64,000 nucleotides of DNA from Macrostomum lignano (taxonomy: Eukaryota). Shown here one piece after another: positions 24,873 to 36,629 of the stretch. Each line of letters begins with the position of its first letter. The stretch's first letter is position 1. The notes under the pieces are model-generated. The model did not search any database. It saw only the letters and a program-made list of their open reading frames with translations, and was not told where the DNA came from. The DNA lies in contig NIVC01001652.1 of NCBI GenBank assembly GCA_002269645.1, positions 62,001 to 126,000 on the forward strand, written 5' to 3'. A program made the position numbers and the translations under genes.

Positions 24873-25520
24873 TCAGTTAATTTCTTCATTGTCCACAGTT
24901 GAGGCGCCGGCATATGCCGCAACCGGTGTCTCTGCAGCTGCCAGCGGGTCTTCTTCTCTGGCATCAAATCCGGAATGTTCCTGCAACGCTAATTGCTGCT
25001 CCGGTGGAGTCGGTAGCGGCCTGCTCTGCACGGGAGTGGCGACTGCCTCAGTCATCGGCTGCTGCTCTGGTGTCTGCTCACTACGGGAAGTCGTGCGGAG
25101 ACGAGTGGAGCTGCCAGTTGACTGCCTGAGCATGGGTTTTAGCTCGATCTTTTTCACTCGCTTCAAAAGCCAAGCAATCAAAGCGGCAACTCCGGTGAGA
25201 AATGCTACGAATGAGCAGACGATGATTACCAGCAACCAGGTTTCTTCGCTTAAAAAGACGGAGACTGCGCTTGACTCATCCAAAGGTGCTGGCAGTGTTG
25301 AAGACTCATGAGATGTGACTCGGTCACCAGGCGCTGGCGGTGTCATGGTTACGCTGCTCAACGCTGGTGGCTGCGTCAAGACGCACTGGCCAACGTGGGG
25401 GTCGAGCTTGGTGTTCTCGGGACACACCGGATACGCGAAGACGAGGTCCAACAGATGCGTACACAGCAGAGCGAGCAGTCTAGCGAAAATGTTTAACAAG
25501 CGCTTCATGTTTACAGCCAT
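24873..25520 (-). CDS. Small TNFR-like receptor R1 (2-Cys hairpin)
   Basis: Signal peptide, CPENTKLDPHVGQC (C-x12-C), S/T/P stalk, TM WLLVIIVCSFVAFLTGVAALIAWLL, basic stop-transfer KRVKK, tail containing RPLPTPP. Confidence 0.7.
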   Translation of the reverse strand: MAVNMKRLLNIFARLLALLCTHLLDLVFAYPVCPENTKLDPHVGQCVLTQPPALSSVTMTPPAPGDRVTSHESSTLPAPLDESSAVSVFLSEETWLLVIIVCSFVAFLTGVAALIAWLLKRVKKIELKPMLRQSTGSSTRLRTTSRSEQTPEQQPMTEAVATPVQSRPLPTPPEQQLALQEHSGFDAREEDPLAAAETPVAAYAGASTVDNEEIN

Positions 25521-26912
25521 GTCGAGTAGTCAGGGATTGTTCTAAAATTCGTCTTTAACGATCGATGCGTTTTATGTTTTCTCCACGGCTGGTCCATGGA
25601 GAATCTGTGGCAATTCATTCTTGTTTAATGAATGCCATCAAGTTTAAGGCGTGCTATATTGGACCATTATTTAATATAATAGCCAGCTATATATATATAA
25701 ATGCATGTAATGGCTATATATAACAGCTTTAAAGACAATAGAATATTTATTAACCATGCGTCGGGACTATTTTTAAAATTACAAGGTAACGCTCGCACAC
25801 ACATTGATCCAGTTTGCATAGAAACGCTTGACTCATCGTCTTTAAGCAATCAATAAGCAACCGATTATTGAGTTGTTCAACAGAGGCAGGCTATACATGT
25901 ACTAGTGAATGAAGTCGCTGTCGATGTGCTATTTGCTCTTATTATTTATGACTCGAATTAAGAACGAACTACGAAGCTATGTTTATCTGATTGTCGGAAA
26001 GTTCTTTTACATTCCAGAACTTTTCCACTGTTCTATTTTTGCTTTTTCTTGGAACATTCTGGAACATTCTCGATGTAATGCACATATAAATAGTGAATAG
26101 TGTGCATACAAAAACTACAATAGATAAAACATTCTTTGCTCGACTATCTGAAATGGCTTAAGATACTCTGCTCTCGAAAGACCTGCAGTGCGTGCTGCTT
26201 CTCCACGACTTTCGTCGTACCCGTTGTACAGAAAAGTGTTACATTGAATAAACTTGTGACAAATGTAAAAAAACATTTCCCAACAATCAGATAGTTACTA
26301 CAACCTCACCCACACCACGCCTCACCACACCACACCACTTGATAATCGATTCCTGAGAGAAGAGATCAGAAATTTGGGATTCGATCCAAGTGCAGAATGT
26401 CCCGATCTCAGTCGAACAAACAAAAACGATGCTTGAATTCTACAAGAAATAATTTTTCAGCAAAGCAATCTGAAACACTCGTTCACTGTGGCTGCTTTGA
26501 AAGCACCATTGACTCCCAAATCCTTAAGTTTCTGGCGTCAAATTTCTCTGAGGCCACTGTTTCGTGCTGTGGAGTCAGGGAGACTCCTGGTTGAGTTTAG
26601 ATTACATCTCTACTAAAATCAATTTTGGATTTTAGATATTTCAATGCTCCATGAAAATTTCGATTGCGGCCCTATTTGAAGTTCAAGAGAGTATTGTAGT
26701 TCGTTCATTTAGTCGATACATTATTTATCATTATACGCTCGTAAATGTGGGTACAGGGTACTGATTTTTATATTTTATAACATTGGCTGAATTATTTGAA
26801 AAAATTTATACAACTAAAAAATTTTTACGCATATATTGCATGAAATATTGTAAAAGCTGTGCATTTAGATAACTAGCTTATTTTGTGAACAATAATACGC
26901 TATCCGCAGCTG

Positions 26913-27663
26913 TCAACAACTCAGTCCCGCGTACTCCGGTCGCACCGGATCCTTGACCAGCAGATTGAATGCCTCTGCACCATCTGGCCCATCGTCATGT
27001 TGAACGTCCTGAAGGAGCTCTTCCTCAGGGACAGGTGGCAGCGGCCGCTTGTTGATCACTAGTTCCAGATGACCACCTGAGAAAGTTTAAAGTTAAGTCT
27101 TTAGGAACGAAAGCTCATGAGATCAAACCTGTCGATCCTCATGAACAGAATGAACTACATGTAAATTCAGTAGTTAGTTACAGACAATACAACAAAACAT
27201 TAGAGCTCTCACCGAAAGGTTCGGGACTGCCAATGCTGATTTTACCGCTGTCACAACCATCATTGTTAATATTTCCAGACTCAACATCTGTTCTTGACCA
27301 GGTGAGCAGCTTGTCCTGACGCTTCTGTCTAACCAAAGTCACCAATCGGTACAACAACATTCCGAAAGCCGCCATACCAGCAAGCGCCAGTAGTGCAATG
27401 ATGCTCGGCGTCAGTCTCTCTGTCGAGGGATTTTGCGACGTACTACCGACGTGGTTCATTGTCGAGTCTGTGGAAATCTGACCCATCCATCCAGTGGTCA
27501 AAGCGTCGAACTTTGGTAGAGGCTGAAGTTGCACGCACATGCTGATGCTGGGGTCGAAGCGCTGATTGACCGGGCAGTCTGCTGTTCTTGTTGCATCATT
27601 CAAAGCCGCAACCATTAGCAATAACAGGGACCAGGTCTCCCATGGTGACTTGAAAATCAGCAT
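26913..27663 (-). CDS. Small TNFR-like receptor R2; exons 27663-27213, 27076-26913
   Basis: Signal, CPVNQRFDPSISMC, TM IIALLALAGMAAFGMLLY. A phase-1 intron (GTGAGA...TTTCTCAG) adds an exon missing from the ORF track: GHLELVINKRPLPPVPEEELL...PEYAGLSC*. Confidence 0.68.
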
Positions 27664-28261
27664 ACTTTATTGTTAACTCTGGGAATATCAAACAAAAGTA
27701 TTTCAAACAATTTTATATTGAGCTCGTGTTAACGTTCTATTAATAGACAGGGCAACTCGGCGTCATGACTCATTCAAGAAAAATTTAATTCATTAATGAC
27801 TCAAAGCACCACTTGTTCGTTTGCTTCTATGCAGAAACTATTTTAGTCAATGACAGGCCCACAAGCCAAGAATTGTGAAATATAAGATAAAATTATGAAT
27901 GAACGAACTACAATGATGCAACGTTATTCGACGTTAAAATTTCGCCAGGTCACACGCTCCTCGTATTTTCGGCGATGATGAATGCCTAGTCACCAAAAGA
28001 GCTTTTCTACATGTAAAAGCGCTGTTCGAAATGAAAAAGACATCAAAATACTGTGGATTCTAAGGTGTGCTTAAGCAGTCTCTCAAAGTTTTTCGGGTCC
28101 AAAACTATGAGTTATGCTTTCTCTACATAATCTTCCCGCTTAATACCAGTTCAAATTTTCGAGTTGCAAACTTTTGTACAATAGATACGAGATCAAAATC
28201 ATATATCTGAGTCTGCTACGTCTCTTGTCTCTATTTCTTCCTAGAAGGTGGAATGAGTAGA

Positions 28262-28592
28262 ACTAGTCATGAGTGAGTCATGAGCAGAACTGGTGATGGG
28301 TGAGTCATGAGCAGAGCTGGTGATAGTTGAGTCATGAGCAGAGCTGGTGATGGGTGAGTCATGAGCAGAGCTGGTGATGAGTGAGTAATGAGCAGAGTTG
28401 GTGATGGGTGAGTCATGAGCAGAGCTGGTGATAGGTGGGTCATGAGCAGAGCTGGTGATGGGTGAGTCATGAGCAGAGCTGGTGATAGGTGGGTCATGAG
28501 CAGAGCTGGTGATGGGTGAGTCATGAGCAGAGCTGGTGATGAGTGAGTAATGAGCAGAGTTGGTGATGGGTGAGTCATGAGCAGAACTAGTT
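28262..28592. repeat. 27-bp minisatellite
   Basis: Unit tcatgagcagagctggtgatgggtgag. Confidence 0.93.
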
Positions 28593-29059
28593 GCTTTAAG
28601 ACAATAGCAAGATAACACTAAATATCTAGTTAGCTCGAACCGTTGGCATTGAAATTAGCTATTCTGAAGAGATTACAGAACCCATTATGAAATTAATCTA
28701 TGACACGCTGCTTCGGCCGTGTCATCGAAAAAGTGCACAATCAATAAGAAATATATACTTTTATATTGTGCCCCGAAAGGGCCGTTTTCTGTTTCAACAG
28801 CGGCGATTAAATTAAGCAAACGAAAAAGAAGAATTCAAATTAATGTAAAGTTATTTCGATTTCTCAAAAACTGTTGCCAGAATGCTCTTACAAAACAGAA
28901 AAAACTTTCAAAAATACTTTCTGTGGAAAATAATACTGAATGAATGAAGATTGCATAATCAATACGAGCGTAATAGTTATCAATAATAATATTTGATTAG
29001 ACCTGCCCCAATTCGCCAGATGTGCAAACGACAGCTCAGCCGCAGTTATTGCGCAGTAG

Positions 29060-29245
29060 GGGGGGGGGAGTCGCCACACACACCCTCAGTTACCCCAGCT
29101 AATGCTGGCACCCACTTTACAGCTGGGTGAACTGAAGCAACGCAGAACTAAGCATCTTGCTCAAGGACACAAATTGTTCCGAGTGGGTCGAGAATCGAAC
29201 CCCCGACCTTTCAGTCGTGAGTCTGACGCTCTAACCACTAGGCAA
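29060..29245 (-). mobile_element. tRNA-derived SINE
   Basis: On the minus strand: A box TAGTGGTTAGAGC, B box GGTTCGATTC, then TGTGTCCTTGAGCAAGATGCTTA...CACCCAGCTGTAAA. This resembles the conserved central domain of V/Meta-type SINEs. Confidence 0.72.
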
Positions 29246-29251
29246 CAATCC

Positions 29252-29433
29252 CACTAGGCTACAACCCCCTCTAGGCTACAACCCCCTCTAGGCTACAACC
29301 CCCTCTAGGCTACAACCCCCTCTAGGCTACAACCCCCTCTAGGCTACAACCCCCTCTTGGCTACAACCCCCTCTAGGCTACAACCCCCTCTAGGCTACAA
29401 CCCCCTCTAGGCTACAACCCCCTCTTGGCTACA
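29252..29433. repeat. 18-bp minisatellite abutting the SINE head
   Basis: Unit ctaggctacaaccccct(c). Confidence 0.92.
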
Positions 29434-29504
29434 ATAGATGGAGGGTTGTAGCCAATAGTCGAGAATGCTTCTAGCATTTTATGATTCATTCAAATATGAA
29501 TAGA

Positions 29505-30273
29505 TTACCGTGCATATTCAACAATCGCAGAGCCAAATCTTCTATAAAAAAGCATGCATTTAAGCTGAGTCATGGGTACTCTCAGGACATGCAGATCTAC
29601 GAACTGACCCATTTTTCTGATACACAATCGAATTCATAACTGTGTTCGCTCGCTGCTCGTTTCCATGGTGATTTGCAGGCTGACTCGCTGACGCAAATTC
29701 GCGCTCTCCTGTCTGCTGAGAAGCTGGAGAGTCGGTTCCAGCTGACTGGCCGGCTGCTGCATCGTGTTGGTTGCCATCGCAACTCGTATGTAGAAACGAT
29801 CTACGCTCTTCATCACAAGGCGACGCTGCTTCGTCGGTGTTGACATCAGGTGGGACAGAAGCTGATGAGCCCTTTGCGGCCTGCCTTTCTCCCTGCCTGG
29901 CTCTGACAAACTTCGTGTACAGCAGAATGAGAGCCAGGATGCTAACTGTCAGAATGGCAGCAAGTACGAGCACTCCGATGACGATCCAAATGGTTGATTC
30001 ATCGGCTGCCTGAGCTGGTGAGCTCACTTTAGCGTCTGGACGCCACTCGTCAGGGGCGCCACTCGGCTTGCCTGTCGAGTTGGCAACGCAGCAGACTGGA
30101 TGGTCGCGACAGGTGCTCAGGTAGTGCATGTGGACTTGGATTTCCGGTGAAGGCAGCGGGCAGCGGAGGCACATCTGCTGGCCCGAGTCGAAGTACTCGC
30201 CAGCCTTTGAGCAGGTGTTGCCGTAAGCTTGAACAGCTAGCAGCAAAGTGAATGGAATTGACAAGATGCTCAT
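29505..30273 (-). CDS. Small TNFR-like receptor R3a (6-Cys ectodomain). Unspliced it stops at 29560; alternatively exons 30273-29609 + 29541-29505
   Basis: MSILSIPFTLLLAVQAYG, then CSKAGEYFDSGQQMCLRC...CRDHPVCC, resembling BCMA CSQNEYFDSLLHACIPC. TM IWIVIGVLVLAAILTVSILALILLY. Confidence 0.78.
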
Positions 30274-30724
30274 GTTGAAGGTCTTGATGACTTTTAATAA
30301 CAATTTCTGTAAGGTTAGGTCTGTGACTTTTTCAACTTTTCAGAGCTCAGAAATATAATGAGTCAGTTCCAGGTTCAATTTACAGTGAATGCTTCACTTA
30401 GAATCTATTTATATCCATTACTCGTCTCAACACTGGTCAGCGGTAGTGCTCAATCTGAGAGCACTGTGGTACACTTGAATACTCAGAGAGCTCATTGCTG
30501 TGTACTCAGGACTGCACATTGCAGAGTACAGTGAGGGCAATTAGCGGTGTACCTCAACGGTAACTGTTGTGTACTGACTTGATAAAACATTTATTATCTA
30601 TTAATTATTAATAATTTATTAGTACTTTTTGCGTATTTTCCTTTCGTTTTTTCCATATGCGGTTGACGTGCTGATGAAATTTGGAGACTTGGCAAGGCTG
30701 CACTGAGGCACAGTGCTGATTGGC

Positions 30725-30875
30725 GCACAGGGGTGTACTGAATACACTAGCGCTTATGTGGAAAATCCGACCTTCTGGCAGAATCGTTGAATATCTCGAC
30801 GGTCCTGAGGACTGGCGACTTGATTCCTGTTTGAGAAGGTGCGCAACAAAAAGTCAGCCCGTGTTCTTGAATTTC
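30725..30875. repeat. Dispersed repeat; copies also at about 35900-36055 (same strand) and about 47888-48040 (inverted)
   Basis: Shared gtactgaatacact..cgcttatg.ggaaaatccgaccttctgg.agaatcgttgaatatctcgacg. Confidence 0.8.
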
Positions 30876-31442
30876 GTGTGCCTGTGTTGCTCCGTTCCGG
30901 CGCAGCAAAAAAATTGTCAGGGGGTCCCCCTTTTGGTAGTTTGACGGGAGGAAAAATGGCTCGCATTGCAAAGCCGCGCCCACACCATTGCAGAGCAGTT
31001 TACAATTCAGAAGTTCAGAAGGCGAGAAATTGGGAATTTAGTTCTAAAAATTATGAAATCTCCCCAATAAATTTCGCAACGCAACGATTTTTTTCAGTCC
31101 ACCATGAGTAATCGTACGAGTATGGCTTATGCATTCGAACTGGTTTAGTTTAAGTTTAAAGAAAGTACAGAGGCTTCTGTCTGCCAGGTTCGTCTTATAC
31201 ATGTATTTCAAATTAGGTTAGGGAAATCACCGAGATTGCTGTTGGTTTTGCAATAAATCAAACCGAATTGTAAAAAAAATCAAGCTTTATCTGACTGAAA
31301 AATGCTCTGAAATGAACATAACATGAATAACCGATCAGGACAAATTATTTGGCTTTTTGATTGAAAGTGCATAACAAAGAAAAATATGGGAGATTATTGC
31401 TTGGATAATACAGTCAACTTTAAGCGAAGTTAGGTGTGACGC

Positions 31443-32120
31443 CTAAGGCACAAACTCGTAGGTACCGGTCGCAGCCGTGCCTTCATCACCATCAGCATTA
31501 ACGGATGGGTTCCGGTTTTCCAGAGCAGTCGAAAGAAGCTGCAGTCTCGCCTCTCCGTCTCGGCCTTCAGGAGAGCCGCTGCCAGTCACCGAGCCGGGCG
31601 CACCAGTGATCTCTGCGGCGTTTCCATCCTCCTCGCCTGTGGCGTTTCCGACCTCCGCGCCTGTCCTGAAGCCGTGCGGTAATTCTTGGCTCTTGTGAGA
31701 AAACTTCCAGACACCGAGCATGATCAAAGCAATGGCCAGGACAGGAGCGGCTGCGCCAAAAACCATCCAACTGGTTGACATCCCCTGGGCCTGGAGCGGT
31801 GAGCTCAAAGTTGTGGTGCCGCTGCTGCAACTGCTGCTGCTGCTGCTGCTGCTGCTGTGCGGCGGCTTCCAGCTGGGAACAGCTGCTGACCCGGATGTCG
31901 TGTTGGCAACGCAGCAGACTGGATGGTCGCGACAGGTGCTGAGGTAGTGCAGGTGGATTAGGATTTCCGATGAAGGCAGCGGGCAGCGGAGGCACATCTG
32001 CTGGCCCGGGTCGAAGTACTCGTCAGGCTTTGAGCAGTTGCGGTTGTTAGCTTGTGCGGCGAGCAGCAGTGTGAATTGAATTGACAAGCTGATGGCAGCA
32101 GCTTTATCGATTTTGTACAT
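31443..32120 (-). CDS. Small TNFR-like receptor R4 (R3-type ectodomain, different TM and tail)
   Basis: CSKPDEYFDPGQQMCLRCPLPSSEILIHLHYLSTCRDHPVCC, poly-Ser stalk, TM WMVFGAAAPVLAIALIMLGVW, tail ending GTYEFVP*. Confidence 0.78.
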   Translation of the reverse strand: MYKIDKAAAISLSIQFTLLLAAQANNRNCSKPDEYFDPGQQMCLRCPLPSSEILIHLHYLSTCRDHPVCCVANTTSGSAAVPSWKPPHSSSSSSSSSCSSGTTTLSSPLQAQGMSTSWMVFGAAAPVLAIALIMLGVWKFSHKSQELPHGFRTGAEVGNATGEEDGNAAEITGAPGSVTGSGSPEGRDGEARLQLLSTALENRNPSVNADGDEGTAATGTYEFVP

Positions 32121-32483
32121 GAAGATCATCGTTCTTGAGTTGTCTGAAGATTTTATTAAGCACTTGACAAGTTTAATGTCTGCTTTTAAAGGTTTATCTA
32201 GACTAAGACAAGTAAAATTTAGTTCCAAGTCCAAAAAGGTTTTTCCGCGGAAAAACCGTGTAGTGTCACGTACATTTATTTATTTATTTTTATAGAGAAT
32301 TCGTTACTTAGGGGCTTTCAGACAGAGATAGCCAGAGCCACTCACAGTGTGTTGAGCGAGATGGAGCGCCATTGTGTCAAGGACTACTTAAGTATTTATT
32401 CTGATATTTGTACAAGGCAGTTACGCAAAAAATGGTTGAATTCAATCAGTTTTATACAATCGCAGTTTTTTTAATTTTTAAGA

Positions 32484-33548
32484 TCAATTTTCAGCATTTT
32501 CAACAGAGCTGAGACGCTCATAGCCAGCATCTGAGGAGCTGTCGATTACCTCCTGAGGCTCAGCGGCGGCAGTTGCGGCTCGAGGCTGCCGATTGCAGCG
32601 CCAGACCATCACCACCAGCAGCCCCAGGAGAAGGACCACCGCTGACCAAGAAGCGACCAGCAAAACCATTGCAAACTGGGTGTCAGTCCTGTCAGTCTCA
32701 CCGGTCGACAGCGTAGATGGCGTCCCGCTGGGGTTCGAACTGGCGGACCGCGGTTCTGCCCAGGTCGCTCCGTCGGGGCATCGGACGCAGAGGTTCTGGC
32801 CGGGGTCGTAGCAGCGGCCTGCGGGCGGGGAGAGGCGGGGGTCGCTAAAGAAATTCTGAAGTCAATTTTGCATTGGCGAATGGCGCGGCCCGGGAACTTT
32901 ATGGGGAATATCGGGAGGGAGTGGTGAATATTGAGGATGGGGGATATCGGGGATGGGGGATATCGGGGATGGGATATCGGGGATGGGGGATATCGGGGAT
33001 GGGATATCGGGGATGGGGGATATCGGGGATGGGGGATATCGGGGATGGGGGATATCGGGGATGGGATATCGGGGATGGGGGATATCGGGGATGGGGGATG
33101 TCGGGGATGGGGGATATCGGGGATGGGGGATATCGGGGATGGGATTTCGGGGATGGGGGATATCAGGGATGGGAATTAAATAAAAAGGGAGTTATCAGAG
33201 ATTGGGAATAACCGGGGATGGTGAATATTGGGGGGATGGGGTTTCTTGGAACACTGCTCGAGCTTAGTTAATGTTAACTAGATTATTAGTAAAAAACATT
33301 TTTTACAACTTTCCAAAGCAATGGAGCATTGGAAAATTTCTATAAAATAGCTCGTAGTGTTGCAATACATATGAATACTTGCGTCAATTTTAATTTTAGA
33401 AACAACACACGTGTGCACATAAGAAAGGGAATAACGTCAATTAGCTTGAAATAAAATTTTATCTACTTGAAAAAAATTAAAAGAAAAAATATTTCGAAAT
33501 GCTTGACTCACCTGGCCGCCCGGAGCAGACAGCAGACCCAGACAGCAT
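32484..33548 (-). CDS. Small TNFR-like receptor R5, apparently without signal peptide; exons 33548-33512, 32818-32484
   Basis: MLSGSAVCSGRPG|RCYDPGQNLCVRCPDG...TM VLLVASWSAVVLLLGLLVVMVW...PQEVID..GYERL. Strong donor CAG|GTGAGT, pyrimidine-rich acceptor, phases match (1). Confidence 0.62.
32935..33240. repeat. G-rich minisatellite (gggatatcggggatgg) in the R5 intron
   Basis: 16-18-bp degenerate units. Confidence 0.9.
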
Positions 33549-33585
33549 AGCGACAGACAGCTTACAGCTGAATTCCCAGCGCGCC

Positions 33586-33594
33586 CAGGTTTAT
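33586..33594 (-). promoter_or_regulatory. Candidate TATA box of R5
   Basis: CTTATAAAC on the minus strand about 40 nt upstream of the ATG at 33548. Confidence 0.35.
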
Positions 33595-34044
33595 AAGCTT
33601 TTGAGGCCAAGTCAGAGATAAGATAGCAAACATGGAGTTTAGTTGGGTGTAATATTATTTAGAGGAAATATATAATTTTTGGTCAAAGTTAGCGATCAAT
33701 AAATTAAGTTATTAAAAATAAATACACTCAGCAACATTGAAAAGTCGCCACTCTATGCGCCACCCAGTGAGCGATTTCTCTTGGACTGTTCTGAAATCAA
33801 AGATACGAGAAAACTGATCGGGGTAGCTTTGATCCGTAGCGTTAACCCTCGCACACCGCCCCCTCCACTTCATTCCTCAACTCAAGTCTGCCCAGGCGTA
33901 GCTAATTTGCGTCACTCGCAAAGATTGAGAGATTTTACCTGCACTCACTCTCAATCTTCTGTGATGGCGACTTTTCGATGTTGCTGAATATACGAGTATT
34001 TGACGTTAGACAAGAGGTCTCTAGGCTGAATATCAAAAATTCTG

Positions 34045-34412
34045 TTAGTTGATGACGGCAGGCTTGTGACGATGGCAGCTACTCGCATGGATTTGTAGGC
34101 TGGCTGGTCTGCGTGACTCTTTGCTGAGATTCCGCAGATTCCGCAGATTCCGCATGTTCCGCAGATTCCGCAGATTCCGCAGATTCCGCAGATTCCGCAG
34201 ATTCCGCAGATTCCGCATGTTCCGCAGATTCCGCAGATTCCGCAGATTCCGCAGATTCCGCAGATTCCGCATGTTCCGCAGGCACCGCAGGCAGTTTACC
34301 AGACGGTCGAGGCTGGTTAGCATTGAATAGTTGAATATCATCACCCTGCTGTCCTTGATCTTCCTTCTCTTGACGCCTGTTAGATCGCGTTGAACGACGC
34401 TTGCAATAGCCA
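34045..34412 (-). pseudogene. Orphan cytoplasmic-tail fragment of an R6-type receptor with (AES)n repeat
   Basis: YCKRRSTRSNRRQEKEDQGQQGD...[13 protein letters not shown](SAE)n is homologous to 36890-37130. It has no ectodomain or TM and is fused directly to the 3' flank of R3b. Confidence 0.7.
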
Positions 34413-34439
34413 ACGTGCATACCGTTTAACGGTTACAGA

Positions 34440-35208
34440 TTACCGTGCAGCTTCAACAATCGCAGAGCCAAATCTTCTATAAAAAAGCATGCATTTAAGC
34501 TGAGTCATAGGTACTCTCAGGATATGCAGATCTACGAACTGACCCATTTTTCTGATACACAATCGAATTCATAACTGTGTTCGCTCGCTGCTCGTTTCCA
34601 TGGTGATTTGCAGGCTGACTCGCTGACGCAAATTCGCGCTCTCCTGTCTGCTGAGAAGCTGGAGAGTCGGTTCCAGCTGACTGGCCGGCTGCTGCATCGT
34701 GTTGGTTGCCATGGCAACTCGTATGTAGAAACGATCTACGCTCTTCATCACAAGGCGACGCTGCTTCGTCGGTGTTGACATCAGGTGGGACAGAAGCTGA
34801 TGAGCCCTTTTCGGCCTGCCTTTCTCCCTGCCTGGCTCTGACAAACTTCACGTACACCAGAATGAGAGCCAGGATTTGAACTGTCAGAAGACCAGCAAGC
34901 ACGAGCGCACCGATGACGATCCAAACGGTTGATTCACCAGCTGCCTGAGCTGGTGAGCTCGCTGTAGCGTCTGGACGCCACTCGTCAGGGGCGCCTCTCG
35001 GCTTGCCTGTCGAGTTGGCAACGCAGCAGACTGGATGGTTGCGACAGGTGCTCAAGTAGTGCAGGTGGACTTGGATTTCCGATGAAGGCAGCGGGCAGCG
35101 GAGGCACATCTGCTGGCCCGAGTCGAAGTACTCGCCAGCCTTTGAGCAGGTGTTGCCGTAAGCTTGAGCAGCTAGCAGCAATGTGATTAGAGCTGACAAG
35201 ATACTCAT
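34440..35208 (-). CDS. Small TNFR-like receptor R3b (recent duplicate of R3a). Unspliced it stops at 34495; alternatively exons 35208-34544 + 34476-34440
   Basis: Nearly collinear with R3a (same Cys pattern, TM and tail), with scattered substitutions. Confidence 0.78.
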
Positions 35209-36629
35209 GTTGAAGTCTTGAAAATTTTTTGTAAGGTTAGCTCTGTGAATCTTTCAAATTTTGTCATACTGGAGCTCAGTATAATAATGAGTCAGTTCCA
35301 GGTACAATGTACAGTAAATGCTTGACTGATAATCTATTTTTACCCATTACCCGTCTCAACTTCGGTCAGTGACAGTGTTTCAATCTGAGAGTGCTGTGAC
35401 ACAGTTGAGCACACAAGAGAGCTCATTGCTGTGTACTCAGAACTGCACAGTGCAGAGTACAGTGAGAGAAATTAGCGGTGTATCTCAACGGTAATGGTTG
35501 TGTACTGCCCTAACAATGTTTTTAGATTAGCTATTCAGTACATGTACTGGACACTTTTTATAGATTATTTTCTTTGTTTATTTTCCTTAAATTTCTACTG
35601 TCAGTAGAGTGACAGATAAAAATTTAGTTTAATTTAGACCAGATATTTTTGTTGTACGAAATGTACGTACATTGTAAGCTTTTTAATTTAAAAAACTCGT
35701 GAGTAAGCTTAAAAGATTCAAACAAAAATGTTGTACATCATTCGTTTGATGACGGAATGTTTGAGTCCATAGTCACCTGGTACCACCCGCTGAAGATCTC
35801 AGAAGACCAACGAAGTCAGAGCTGATGCAGACACATGCGGTTGACGTGCTAATGAAATTTGGAGGCTTGGCAAGGCTGCACTGAGGCGCAGGGCTGATTG
35901 GCGCACAGGGGTGCATTGAATACACTGGCGCTTATGTGGAAAATCCGACCTTCTGGCAGAATCGTTGAATATCTCGACGGTCCTGAGGACTGGCGACTTG
36001 ATTCCTGTTTGAGAAGGTGCGCAACAAAAAGTTAGCCCGTGTTCTTGAATTTCGTGTGCCTGCGTTGCTCCGTTCCGGCGCAGTAAAAAATGTCAGGGGG
36101 TCCCCCTTTTGGTAGTTTGACGGGAGGAAAAATGGCTCGCATTGCAAAGCCGCGCCCACACCATTGCAGAGCAGTTTACAATTCAGAAGTTCAGGAGGCG
36201 AGAAATTGGGAATTTAGTTCTAAAAATTATGAAATCTCCCCAATAAATTTCGCAACGCAACGATTTTTTTCAGTCCACCATGAGTAATCGTACGAGTATA
36301 GCTTATGCATTCGAACTTGTTTAGTTTAAGTTTAAAGAAAGTACAGAGGCTTCTGTCTGCCAGGTTCGTCTTATACATGTATTTCAAATTAGGTTAGGGA
36401 AATCACCGAGATTGCTGTCGGTTCTGCAGTAAATCAAACCGAATTGTAAAAAAAATCAAGCTTTATCTGACTAAAAATGCTCTGAAATGAACATAACATG
36501 AATAACCGATCAGGACAAATTATTTGGTTTTTGGATTGAAAGTGCATAACAAAAAATATGGGAGATTATTGCTTGGATAATACAGTCAACTTTAAGCGAA
36601 GTTAGGTGTGACGCCTAAGGCACAGACTC

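Noticed and set aside
27178-27212. ORF-track C-terminus ESSNVLLYCL of receptor R2
   Set aside because: Better explained as intron read-through: a consensus donor at 27212 splices in phase to a motif-bearing exon.
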